Source: Chara braunii
Lineage: Eukaryota; Plantae; Charophyceae
Assembly (NCBI GenBank): GCA_003427395.1
Contig: BFEA01000011.1
Span: 4,369,832-4,433,831, forward strand
Direction: 5' to 3'
Length of the DNA stretch: 64,000 nucleotides
Shown: positions 42,201-55,100 of the stretch, one piece after another
Position numbering within the stretch: the stretch's first letter is position 1
Layout of the letters: each line of letters begins with the position of its first letter
Translations under genes and position numbers: made by a program
Notes under the pieces: generated by a model
The model's input: the letters and a program-made list of their open reading frames with translations, nothing else
What the model was told of the DNA's origin: nothing
Databases searched by the model: none

Positions 42201-45200
42201 ATGGGATCTTCCTTGTAGGCTTCCTCCATAGATCGAGTCACATCCTCAGATAGGCCAAACTCATAAATCAGCGCACCCAGGTAATATGCCCTTCTAGACA
42301 ATGCATCTGCAACCTTGTTGTACTCTCCCTTCACATAGTCTAGCTTGAAGTCATATTGATCTATGACTTCAATCCAGCGTTTGAGTGCATCGGAGAGAAC
42401 CGGTTGTGTCTTGATCCACTTGAGGGTCTGATGGTCAGTTCTCAAATAGAAGAGCCTTCCTAATAGATAGTGCCTCCAGTGAACAAGTGCCTTGTAGAGA
42501 GCATAGAGTTCCCTCTCGTAGTTGGACTTTGCCAATTTCTTTGATGGCATCTTTTTGCTCATGTACTCGACCGGTCTCAACTTTTTCCCGTCCTATTGAG
42601 CCAGCACTGCACCAATGCCGTATTGGCTTGCGTCAGTGGTTACAACAAATGGCCTTTGCGGGTCGGGTACCATGAGAACCTCATGATGCATGAGAGCATG
42701 CTTCAAACGTTTGAACGCTGCCTCACACTCGTCGGTCCAGTCCCATGGTGTATCAAGTCGAGTTAGATCAGCCAAGGGAGATGCGATCGTGCTATAGTTC
42801 TTCACGAAGTTGCGGTAATAACCACACATTCCCAAGAATGATCTGACCTCAGTCACATACTGGGGTCGTGGCCAGTCCCTAATGCTAGCCACCTTCGCAT
42901 CTTCGGGCCTAATCCCGTCCGCGGATACTTCATGACCCAAGTACAAGATTCAAGTGCGACCGAACTCGCATTTCTCTGCGTTTATCTTATACTTGTGTTC
43001 CCGAAGGAGTGAAAGTACTTCGTCTACATGCTGAGCATGCTCCTCAACAGTTCTACTAAAGATAAGTATATCGTCGAGGTACACGACAACGAACTTATCT
43101 AAGTAGTCATGGAAGATCCTATTCATGGTGTGCTGGAATGTACCTGGCGCATTGCAAAGGCCAAAGGGCATCACCACAAACTCGTACAGACCGTACCTGG
43201 TCTGAAATGCAGTTTTGTGTTGGTCCTCTGGTCTTATGGCAATCGGATGGTAGCCGGATTTTAAGTCCATCTTTGTATAGTACTTACATCCCTGCACCCT
43301 ATCCAATAGGTCGTCGATGCGTGGTAGAGGCTCTGTGTTCTTAACGGTGATGGCATTGAGGCCTCTATAATCAATGCACATCCTTAGTGTTCCCCCTTTA
43401 TTTAGAACAAAAAGAACTGGTGAGCCAAAGGGGGAAGTGCTAGGCCGTATCCAACCCTTTTCTGTGAGCTCTTTCGGTTGTCGACGAAGCTCGTCCAACT
43501 CGGTCGGAGCCATCCTATAGATTCTCCCTTTAGGTGTCTTGCTACCTGGGATGATCTCTATGGCATGGACAACCTCCCTGCCTACGACTCTTGAGGGCTC
43601 CTCGAACAGATCAGGGTACTTAGCGACGAGGTCTCTATCTCTGGGGTGTTTTAACGGCTTCCCCTTTTGCAGAGACATAAACTAAGTACATTCCTTCCTC
43701 TTGGTTCTGTTTATAATAATTATAGAAAGTTGATGCACATAAGCACCCATAGGAGCCTATTAACCTACTAGCTTTGTACTTAGCCAGTCTAACGGTTCTC
43801 CCACTAGGCAACTCGTGCTTCAACACCTTCTTTTCCCAGTCAAACTGGGGCTTGGCAACCTCGAGGTAGTACATGCCCAATANAATCTAACGGTTCTCCC
43901 ACTAGGCAACTCGTGCTTCAACACCTTCTTTTCCCAGTCAAACTGGGGCTTGGCAACCTCGAGGTAGTACATGCCCAACAACATGTCAAAGGGCAACTCA
44001 TCGCTCACCAGGAATGATATCTTATGATTACTCTTTCCTCCTGGGTAGGAGAAAGTGCCGACTACATCTTTAACGTAGTCCTCCACCATCATGCACTCTT
44101 TGTTGGCCAAAGTAGATGCTACCGGTCTACTAAGGCGCTGCACCCGGTCCTTTAAGCACAGTCTGTCAACGCAGTCGCGACTTATGAAGTTTCGCGTGGA
44201 GCCACTGTCTACGAAGACGCCGCACTTGCGACCACCCACACCAACTTCCACAACGAAGTGCTCCCCTCTAGGACCTCTACTTAGTGCCACCCAGGACTCA
44301 CGAGGGTCCTTTGTCGACCACTCACCTTGAAGGTCCTCTAAGGCTTCAGACACATCCAACGTACAGAGTATAGTTGGGTCCGGATGCGTCTGCGGGGTGA
44401 CTAAGGCGTCAATAGCTTTGGCCAACTCTTGAACCGGGGAGGGTACATCACCCGATTCAACGAGAGTAGAAGCAGCTACATCTTCTACCGGCCCTAAGTG
44501 TTTCCCGAGATGGAGCTCGTAGAGGCCCCAGACTGAGAAGAAGGAAACCCACCCTTAGGAGGGCTCTTCTGCGAGACCTTCGGGTTTTTGCATTTAAACT
44601 GTGTATGGCCGTACTCGCCACAGTTTATACAAGCACCTCGCGACCAACGATCTCGCCACACTTCCTGATCCAAGCCTGCTCTAACCCAAGTGGCTATCTT
44701 GTTTGGGTTAGCGGCCTTCCCCTGACTCCTTTGTTGACCGCCCTTGCTGCGGCCTGCTGCCTTAGTCTTAACTACTGCGGCGAGGTTGCCACCCTCAACA
44801 CTCTCCTCGCCGTCTAACTCTGCACCCTCCACAAGTTCAGAAACATCATCAATTTCAGTTTGACTCCCTTCGGAATCAACCATCATCACTCGACTACCCT
44901 TCTTCTTCCATTCTTGTGGAGTCTTTCTTCTTTCTCCCGTCCGTAGAAGGGGTTTGAGCACTACCCAACGTAGCCTCTAAGTCTAGGGCCTTCTTGTTGA
45001 ATGTCTCAAAGGTGTGATACTCTCTACGAGCCTCACTGGCCAATAAGTTCTTGATGTTTGTGGGAAGACATCTCAAGAACGTGGTCAACAAGACCTGTGG
45101 ATTGTACTCCACTCCTGGGACAACGATCAGGCGCTCTACAATTGTGGTAAGCTCTCGCACTGACTTGTACTTTCTAGCATCAAGCTTTAATAATCCATCA

Positions 45201-48200
45201 GTGGCAATCTGTGCCTGCTGAGGATTGTGCCACCGTGCTTCCACTAAGTCCATAAAGCTTTCTAGGGTGTGGGTATGCGCCCAATCACCCATGTTCCCGC
45301 CGAACCCCTTTGAAGCTACCAATCCATTTAGCCAGCGAGCGAGCTGTTGAACCCTCTAAGTAGGATGCATCAGTAATCACTTCCTCTTCTACCAATGTCC
45401 TTTTTGCCCTCACCCAGACTGAAACCGTTCTCAACCACGTGTCGAGAGCCTCATCCTTCTTGTCTCCTGAGAAGGTTAGAGGTGGTTTCAGAGGGGTCTT
45501 GGGATACCAAGGAAATTGTTGTCCCGCTGGCGAGACAGGTGGCGACTGTGGTGTAGCACTAGTCGCTGGACCGGAAGATGAAGAAGCAACAGTCTGAGAT
45601 AAGGTTGTTGCTGATGTAACACTTGGTTGTGGTCCAGACTGAGCGGCATAGGGGTCTGTCGTTGCTGAGAATAGCAGCGACGGCAAGACTGCTGGCCTGA
45701 TTCCTGGTTTGTGCATGGCATTCAGGATTTGGTCTAAGGTGTCCTGGATTGTATCCAGTTTACTGTCCATGTATGAGTGCATAAACAAGATGCTCACCTT
45801 CAGAATCTTTTCATTGTTGCTAAGGGTCGAGTCATCTAACCCCTCTAGCGCAGCCTAGTCTGCCTCCCTACCCTCTAGTCTGACACTCCTATCTCTTTCT
45901 CTCTTTTAGTAGCCTGCCTGAGTTCCTCCTCTAGCCTCAAGCGGATCCTCTTGACTTGTTGGAGCTCCATCTGCTCCCGGGTGCGTGGAGGCAGCGAGCT
46001 GAACTGCGAGCTCGCCATCTGACTAGTGCCAGCTCCTGACGTACTGGAGATGGACTGTGAACTGGTCGGCATGCCCAGCCCTTGACCAGTTGAGTTTGCA
46101 GCAGAAGTTGTTGCCGAGGTAGCCATAGCTACAGCGCTAGCTGCTGCTGCTGCTAACGCACGTTCAGCCGCTGCTGCTGCTGCTCTCACAGTCTCTAGAT
46201 TGCGGCCCCTTGTCTCAGCCCTAAGCCTTCTCTCGTCTCCCGGTAGTAGAACCTGGAACACAACAGGTATCCTAGCGGTATCCCGTCGTGTCTGCCTCCT
46301 ATCATCAGTTGTACCTTCAGCATCCTGTGATCCACTCATGAGCTAGGCAGACGCTGCCTGCACTAATGACCTCTTTGGAACCTACCACAACATGCGTCGG
46401 ACCGGATCTAAAAATAAATAATTAAATAAATGTCCGGCGAGTTACCTAGGCTACTATTCAAGCGGCATCAACAGAACCTACACAAATTGTACACATTGTC
46501 TAGGTCTATCATGATTAGTTCTGCACAGAAGATTCGAGAAGAACTGACCATGGTAGATTACAGTCCTACTCTAGTCTGTCTGTTAGGTGTCAGCAGTCGG
46601 TCAACCAACAAATCAAAAATAAAACTTAGACTAATGTGAGCAGATGTATGCACAATGGAAATGGTAGTGATGTTCAGTTGAGTTCACAATTGGAATCCCC
46701 TTTCCCTGTATCCAACGTACCTATGAGCATCATCGAGCTGCGGTGTCTAAGGTGTGCATCCACGGCCCACCCCTGTGCCCAAGAAGTATGCTTATGACAA
46801 GCCTGCCCTTTATTTACCCTCGCGTGCAACGAGCCTTATGTCTGACTGATCTGGCTGATTAAGAGGCAATTTAAGGACAGCCCCCGAGAGTCCTTAGGAA
46901 TTTTTTAACGTCGCAATCAGCACGACGATCACAGCCAGTGGACAGTTCAGACCCCAACCAGAAATGTTTATAGACGGCGGACTGGTCAGTCCGCACACCC
47001 CTTCTATCAGCGCAGCAAAGAGCCTCAATGGACAAAGCAGCATGGCCTGCGTGTACTAATACCCATGGGTTGGCATGGTGACCGTGACCCGTGCTTCGAC
47101 CAGGGCCCTTCAGAGGCACCGCCCTCTCCTGCCAGATGTGCTACCGGGAAGAATGTCGTCTCTCAAGATAGAGCGCACACGACTCCTTACCAAAGAGAGG
47201 ACACTCAAGTTGGACTCACTTCCTCACGGTAAAAACAGATTGAGAGGGTAGATAAGGAATGGGAACAACATACCTGGAGATAGCTGCCCCAAACCACAAT
47301 GCATTTCGATGACCGGTCATTAGCCTCGGTACCACCCACACTGCAATGCAGTGCCACCTCAGCCAAAATGCCACGTCAGCATACTCTCATCATCATGCAT
47401 ACACCCGCTGTCGCCACAGCTCCCACGCTGTCACCACAACCTTCCAGCGGCCGGCCTCTCCACCTAGGCCCCGCTAATCAACCAGCGCCAAAGTATCCTT
47501 ACGCCACATGAAGCATCGTCAGCGCACCAAGTCACAATGTCGCCGGTGCCAGGTAAGCGGCGATCACCAACCAGCTCCGATACCAAATTGCAAGGAATAT
47601 GAGTATGAGCGATATACATAAAACCAAGTTGCGAAATCACACAGCTGAACAAGTAGTTGTGTCCCAAGCAGAGATTACAAATACACCGAGAAAACCATCC
47701 ATATAGAGCAATACAATGAAGTAATGAGCCAATGTCCAAGCCCGTAGGACACACCAACACAGTATCCAAAGTCGCTCTCTCCTGTCTGGCGCTCGGCGCC
47801 CAGCCTACTCTACCTGACTAGCCTACCTACAGCCGGTTCACGCAACAGGATCACTTCGACTCTCGAAGACCAATGTACATGACTGCCAACACCATCGCCG
47901 ACCTCTCTTCATGTACCAGGTACATATCTCGTCACCCTCAATCAGACCTTGATTACCCCACACAGCGCGTCCTTCCCTGAAGACCACCTGATCATCCGCT
48001 GTACCCCCTGGCGCCCAGCAGCCCGGCTATGGCTGCCTGCGCTCCGCTGCCCTGCAGCGCCCCACTTCACCTCTCGTGCCCCGTCAGCGCCCTTGGCAGC
48101 AGCGCAGCATCAGAGCGCAGCAGCACTTCCGCATTGCCAGCGCTGGCCAGAATCGCTGGCCTGGGCTGCTTCCTTCCTTTTGTGGAAGTGGCAGCCTCCT

Positions 48201-49853
48201 GGATGCTGTGTCTGGCCTGGCTGGAAGCTTCCAGTAGCTTCCGGTTGGGTCCCAGATCCTGCGCCCAGCCCGAGACTACAGTTGAGGGCCTGGGCCCCCT
48301 TTGCAGTTAGGCAGGGCCTAAGTCTCCGGACTTTTGCTGTTTGCTGTATCTGTGCAGGGCTCCCAGGCAGGTGCATTGGCACTACTGCTTTTGCAAAGGC
48401 CGAAGGCCTGCTTCCCAATGTATCGGCCCTGCTTTGTGTATGTGTGCCCAGGCGCAACTGTCAAGGCCTGGGCCAACTGTATGACGCAGCAATGTGAGGC
48501 TCACGCGTCTTCCCAACCAACTGGCGTGCTGCGAGAGCCTGAACCCACATATGGAAATGTTGAATTTTGCCTTGACGAATATTCAGGCCCGCCTTCACTT
48601 AGGGCGGGCACTTGGCTTGCTGGGGCCCTTAGCCCTGAACATTGTGATGTCTGACAGGGCCCCTTGAGGGCTTGTTCCTCACAGGATTGCCCAGGATAGG
48701 ACACTTCCAGTGGGCCCAGCGGTAAATAGCTGGGCCACGCCTCAGTTTCAGGAGGTAGTGTAGTGCTACACTCCGGTGACAGACTGCTGGAGAGCAGCAC
48801 TGTGGAGAGGTCATACTACGATCAGTTTAGTGATACAGCCAGGAGGTACACCGGAGAGAGAGAGAGGGAGAGGTTCTTCAGCAGCAGCACAGTACTGAAG
48901 TACTCACCTGGGCCTCATAGCTGGGGACTGCTCCCGGCCTATGGCCGGCCTTTTCACCCTGCGTCCTGCATCGGCTCAAGACATCATCTTTTGCTGGACA
49001 GTATCTGGTGACATCACACAGACACAGAGACAGAGAGAGAGAGGGAGTCTTCTTCTTCTTCTTCTTCACCCTCCATATCTGCCTTTTCTCAGCTAACTCC
49101 TTGAGAGAGAGAGGGATGAGAGACTTGGCTACTATTCGGGGATGCTTTGCCCCCAGGTTCAGACTGGTGGCGATTTGGGGACTTAGGAGAGGCTATTATT
49201 ATCCAGCTGTCACATTGGGTGGCGCTCTCTTCTTCCTCTTCTTCTTCTTACCACACTTCACTCCTCCTCTCCCTATGTGTGTGTATGCAAGGAGGAATCT
49301 TTTGTCTGTGTATGCTCCCATCTATGCTGTCATTTGAGAAAGTTTTCGAGTATAGATTGGTATACTTTGTTTTGAAAGAAGACCACAAATTGTTATTTTT
49401 AAATTTTAAATGCATTGCCCTGTTTGTCTATCATAAAGCAAATTTGAGAGTCAGCCTTGATGGCCTCCAAACGTGGCGCCCTCCTTGCACCTCTCCATGA
49501 TGATGTATGTCTATTGAGTCATAAGTCTAGCAAGTCAGATTGATGCCTTTCAGTCTTCTGCTGCTTTGCATTGCTGTTCCTCCTCAGCTTGGTGATCACT
49601 TGGTCCTGCACAAGGCCTGGGTATTTATACGCATGTGTGTGAGTGGACATGGAAGATGGTGGTGCTTCCATGGTGTTTTAAGCAGTAGTGCTCCTGGTGT
49701 CGCGTGGAGATTCTGTGAACGTGGTGGCGTGAATTTTTTGTTTGGGATGAAGAGGAGTGTCAATGCTGCTGTGATTATGGGCTGACTTGGAGGGCTCTCC
49801 AAGTTTTTTCTGACTATACGCTGCCTCTGGTCCGTGCTTTCCTGCTGGTGAAG

Positions 49854-49884
<31 letters not shown>

Positions 49885-49923
49885 NNNNNNNNNNNNNNNN
49901 NNNNNNNNNNNNNNNNNNNNNNN

Positions 49924-49977
<54 letters not shown>

Positions 49978-50348
49978 TTGGAGTTATGCCGGGTAGATAC
50001 GAAAGTAAAGCAGGCAACAAATGATGAGAGATATGTAAGGGAAGGGGAAAAACAGGGCAGGAAGGCAGACTTTGTACCTCTGCTCCAGTGTAACCACTAG
50101 CACCAAGAACACCAATCTTTGCACTGTTGCCAACCGTCGACATCTGTTTTTCGCTCACAGGGCTCACAACCGCAGCAATTGCACCACACCTTTTCCTACG
50201 CATCGCACAATGTTGTTGATGAGGCAACCGCAGCTGCTCTCCAGCAAAGCCCGCGCCATTCCACCTGCAACCAAGCCTCACCTGCATTCAAGATCAATTA
50301 TCGAGGTGTCCCCAGAAAGACTGTTACCGAGCCATTTCTCTCTCAATG

Positions 50349-50426
<78 letters not shown>

Positions 50427-52021
50427 ACAAACAGGAAAGAGACAAAAAGAAGAAGGAAATATTGTCTACCATCCACTCCTCTTTCATCAAGCCACATGGC
50501 TTTTTTTACATTTTATATTTTTCGTTTCTTCAAGCCACATGGCTACTGTGATGGTCTAGCTCAGCATCCTGCTAGAAATCCGATCCAGGTGCCAGAACGC
50601 TTAGATGGTCAGCCAGGGGGCTCCTTGACAGGTAGTGTGAGAGATGTAGTCGCTTTGTGAGTGTGTCTGTCTGAGCAGGTTCCTGCGCATGAGCCTTTCA
50701 TTTTGTGTGTGTGTGGAGTACGAGCTGTAAAAATATGAAGTCAAGAGAACGGATGAACCGCCAATGGGCCTAGCTCAGCCGGTACACCCATGAACTGTTG
50801 AAATACCAACTCGGATCGGAACCCAATCAACTCAGATGAGTAAACCTGGGGCCAGTCCGTTTGAAGATGATATTTCAAGGCCATCACCCTTTGAAAAAAA
50901 CAAAAAAAAAGAAGAAGAAGAGAACGGAGGGACCATACGTGCTCTCTCCCTCTTCGGCAAGTTCGCGGTCCTTGACATTTAAGTGGTTGAGCCAGAAGTT
51001 CCCGCACACCTGTCTGAAAAGCCACACCTGCACTCACGCCTATCACATGGACCCAGCAGAAGCATAGAGTAGATAATATCTTACAGTGAGGGCCCGAGAT
51101 GTGACATAGCGCAAGATGACATGTCGCAGCTTTGCTTGCAGAAGCAAAGGAGGGCCTGGAAGGACATTTACTTTGCACGGGGTGTGTTTTGAATCAAACG
51201 GGTGGGTCTGAGAGAGGGAAAGACAGCGGGCATGATGAGGGGTGTGCATTACGCCTTCTGTGAATGGAGAGAGGGAGGGGAGGGTGTCCAGGTGGGCCCC
51301 ACTATGCTTTACATGCTTGTGGGGCAGTGGTGACGGGTATTGCATGACAAGGGGAAGCATCAATGGGCATCACAATATGTCTCTAATGCATGGGATAGGG
51401 AGAGTGATCGCCAAGGGGCTTGAGGAAGGATGGGCTTGTCGACGGGATCACAACGGAGGGGAAGGGCCAAGGGGCATTAAGATGCCTTATGCGCGTACAA
51501 GGAGGGACGGAGCGTTGAATCGTGTTTTCATGGTTGGTAGCAAGGGGAGTGCCAAGGACATGGAATGATGCACTCCACTTATGGAAGATGGGAGGGAGCT
51601 CCAAGGGGTCTAGAATGATGGTCGAGATGCATGAGGAGAGGGAGAGGGGCACTAGAAGTGGAGGGGCACTAGAAGATGTTTTCTAAGCAGAGAGTGGGTA
51701 GGAGTAGTGTCAACGCGTGCCGCCATGTGTTTTACATACATGGTTGGAGGGAGGGAAAGTGCCAAGAGGGGCACTGAGAGGAGGGTAGGAGAGTGTTGAG
51801 TTGGGGATTGCCCAATGCGAAGGGGGAAGGGAGAGTGCACTCTCACACAGTAGAACCGAACAAGTGGTTCTGAAATGCCAGTCAGAGGTCTAGCAGCATG
51901 CACCCGCCACAAGAAAACAATAGTATACAGTGCAAGCTGATAATTTTTTATTTTATTTTATTTTATTTATAAAAATTTGAACCATTTCTCGATTTATGCG
52001 TGTCATCCTTGTGCAGGGGCC

Positions 52022-52053
<32 letters not shown>

Positions 52054-52080
52054 ACGGACGTCCCGAAGGACAACAAGCTG

Positions 52081-52121
<41 letters not shown>

Positions 52122-55100
52122 GGCGAGGGCCTTGAGATATCAGCATTGAGCTGACCGGCCCCAGGCAATTCAGAATTACGTCATTCTGCTCATGTGATTG
52201 CATCAGGATTCGAATTCAGGTCTGTATTTCAACAGTTCATGGCTGTACCAACTGAGCTATAGGCCCATTGGTAAGCTGGGATTTTTTGTCAGCCAAACAA
52301 GGGCTTATACCAAAGGACGGAACTCTAGCTCAGCCGGTACACCCACGAACTGTTGAAACATGAATCAGACCCAAGTTCGAACCCAGATACAATCAGATGC
52401 TGACCGCAATAATACAATTCTGAATTACCTGATGCCGGTCGGTTCAACGATGATATCTCATGACCACAGGACGGAACCAAGTGATTGCAGCCTCCCTTTT
52501 CTTTCTGTGGTATGGAAAGCTGCGGCGGCCCCAAGTCTTAAACCACCAGTACACCTGGGGGCAAGGTCCCACTTGCACGGATTAAGGGATTCTGGCCGTT
52601 GATATTTGCTATCTACGGTCAAATCGCTTAATTCGTGTTAATGGGACCTTGCCCCGGGCCTGCAGGCGCCTTACTGCACGCCAAGCTTTTCTGAGTCGCC
52701 AGCGGCGCACTTTTTTTTTTTTTTTGGCTGGTGCCGCTGGCAGCGACGCACTTTTCTTTTTTTTTGGCTGGTGCCGCCGGCCATCGGGGTCCGGTAGGCC
52801 GAGCCTCCGAAATTTTCGTAGGCGACGAGTTTCGTTGTCAGCAAGGCCGGGCCCGTGTACTGGCGGTTCAACGCTTTCTGATAAGGGTGGAAGGAATAGC
52901 AGTAGCAAGATGCGGCTGCACCAAAAAAAAAAAAAAAAAAAAAAAAAAGAAAGAAAGAAAGAAAAGGTGTGGCTGCGATCGGGAGATCATAAGATTCATA
53001 ACAGCCCACCACAATTTTTTTATTATTATTATTAATATATATATTTTTTTGTTACCCACCACACTTTTGGAGCACAGCATAGTGTACTTTCGTAAGAAAA
53101 ATGTGCAAGGACGAAAAGGTGTCCATCATGCTTATTTGCTCCTGCATGAGCACTGCATATTCAGGACCCTGCCAACCTTCAGCACACAGTGCTTGTACTA
53201 CCAAACAGGTACCCAAATGGTCATAACTCTCCTTTTCGTTCCACGGAAGGCAGAAACCCAGCCAGTCGGCCTTACAAAAAAAAAAAAAAAAAAAGTACAG
53301 CTGAGAACCCTGAGATCACATGTTTATAACAGCCTGTTGTTGACCAATCAGCTGTGTTCATTACAGACAATAGAACACAGCTAATTGCTATAGACTCTAG
53401 TATAGACTCTAGTATAGACTCTAGTATAGACTTTAGTATAGACTTTAGTATAGACTCTAGACCAATTAGCTGTGTAGACCAATTAGCTGTGTCCCTTAGC
53501 AGCATGTAGGGAAGACAAATAGGAAACGGATGATCTGAGGAAATGCAGGCTGTCCAAAAATTGGATGAAGCCTCAACAGCCAATATAGCTCTAAACCTCC
53601 AATAGAAATGGGGCACGCTCGACCTTCGAACAGGTTCTGAGAACCCAATAGTACTAGAAGTCCCCTTTTCTAGTATAGATCCAAACTGTGAACCGCTAAT
53701 GCGACACCAAAAGCACTACTACTGCGCAAAGACTACAATAGAAGTCCCCTCCTTGTAAGCCCCAGCAGATTGCAGTCAGAAAACTCGAAATGGGTGAAGG
53801 GGGAAAAAAAAAAAAAAAGTCCCCTCCTTGTAAGCCCCAGCAGATTGCAGTCAGAAAACTCGAAATGGGAGAAAAAAAAAAGAAAAAAAAGTTCCCTCCT
53901 TGAAGGCCCCAGCAGATTGCAGTCGTCAAACTCGAAATGGGTGAAAGAAAAGGCTGTGGAGGTGCAGCCTGTGGGAATAAGACCCAATTGCGATAGCACA
54001 AAACCTCTCTGCATCCATTCACAAGAGTTTCACCCTATAGCTGCCGACTAATTTGTCACATCCCATGTGGCCACAGCCACTCCAGCGCACATCCCATGAA
54101 CTCCTTCACACACGAATATAGCTGTCATGATCGGGTTTATTTTTTTGAAGTTTTTTTCTTTTAATTCGACCATTTCTTCTTCGTTTCGGTTTCTTTCCGG
54201 GAATCCTTGGGACCACAATCGGCACATCGCGTCCTTGGGGACATCCGTTAAAAGTGGAACGATCGATACACAGAAAATTGTTTGTTTGTTTTTTTGTTTT
54301 TTTTTTTTTTTTTAAGGGCTATGCCCTTGAGATATCAGCATTTGAACTGACCGGCCCTAGGTAGGTGTGTTAGAGCTGCATTTTATTTTACTCGTCTGCT
54401 TCCAGTGGAGTTCGAACTCAGGTCCCCATTTCAACAGTGACTCCAAATTGAAAACCAAACCAAAAAAAAAAGACATAGCCGGCAGAGGGAGAGGTCACTG
54501 GGGTTGGAGAGAGCCAAAGTGGAGGGAAAGGGAGGGGGGGGGGGGAATTCCATATGGTGGGGCGGGAAGGTGAGGAAGAGTGACTGGTGCCAATGACCGA
54601 GGCTGGTAGGAGGCGGAGCCTCAGAATCGAGGGTGCACTGAGGGCATCCGGGTGTTGGCGTAGAGGAAAGGACAGGAACGATGGGATGAGGGGCATGCAC
54701 GGGTGCAAAGACCGGTGTGGTTGTGGAGAGGAAAGACGGGTGCACTGAGGGCTCCTGTCCTTTTTCCTCTTCTGGCGTCCGAGCTGCGATTGATGATTGA
54801 TTGATATGTACTCGAACGGGCAGCACCTCAGAGGAGCAAGAACGATAGATAGCTACTGTAGATGCAGCCTGCTTGCAATGAAGAGGAAAAAGAAGAGGAT
54901 GAGGAGGCGAATGACAATGGGAAGGAAGGAGAACAGCATTAATTTTAGCGGCGGGGAGTTCGGAGACAGGCAGAAATGGCATTTTCCACCATGATCGTTT
55001 ATTGTAGTTATGTAATTCGCATCATGATATACACAATGAACAAGGGTCTTCCAGGTAGGGAGGGATAAAGCGGAGTCGTGAGCGATCAGTGTAAAAGGGG

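Larger units (their letters stand above)
39850..48683 (-). mobile_element. Full-length Ty3/Gypsy chromovirus LTR retrotransposon, coding region disrupted, inside argC intron 2
   Basis: TG...CA LTRs at 47589-48683 and 39850-40694. PBS TGGTATCGGAGC (tRNA-iMet type) at about 47574-47585. PPT AAGGGGGATGGAA at about 40695-40707. GGAT on both flanks. Domain order gag(CCHC)-PR(DSG)-RT(YLDD)-RH-INT-chromodomain. Confidence 0.96.

Noticed and set aside
39051-49213. Older solo LTR hosting the Gypsy insertion
   Set aside because: The flanks look repeat-like, but I found no TG...CA pair with a matching TSD.
54431-54982. Alternative argC upstream exon or a separate gene
   Set aside because: No convincing start and donor combination and no homology; 58128-58265 fits better.
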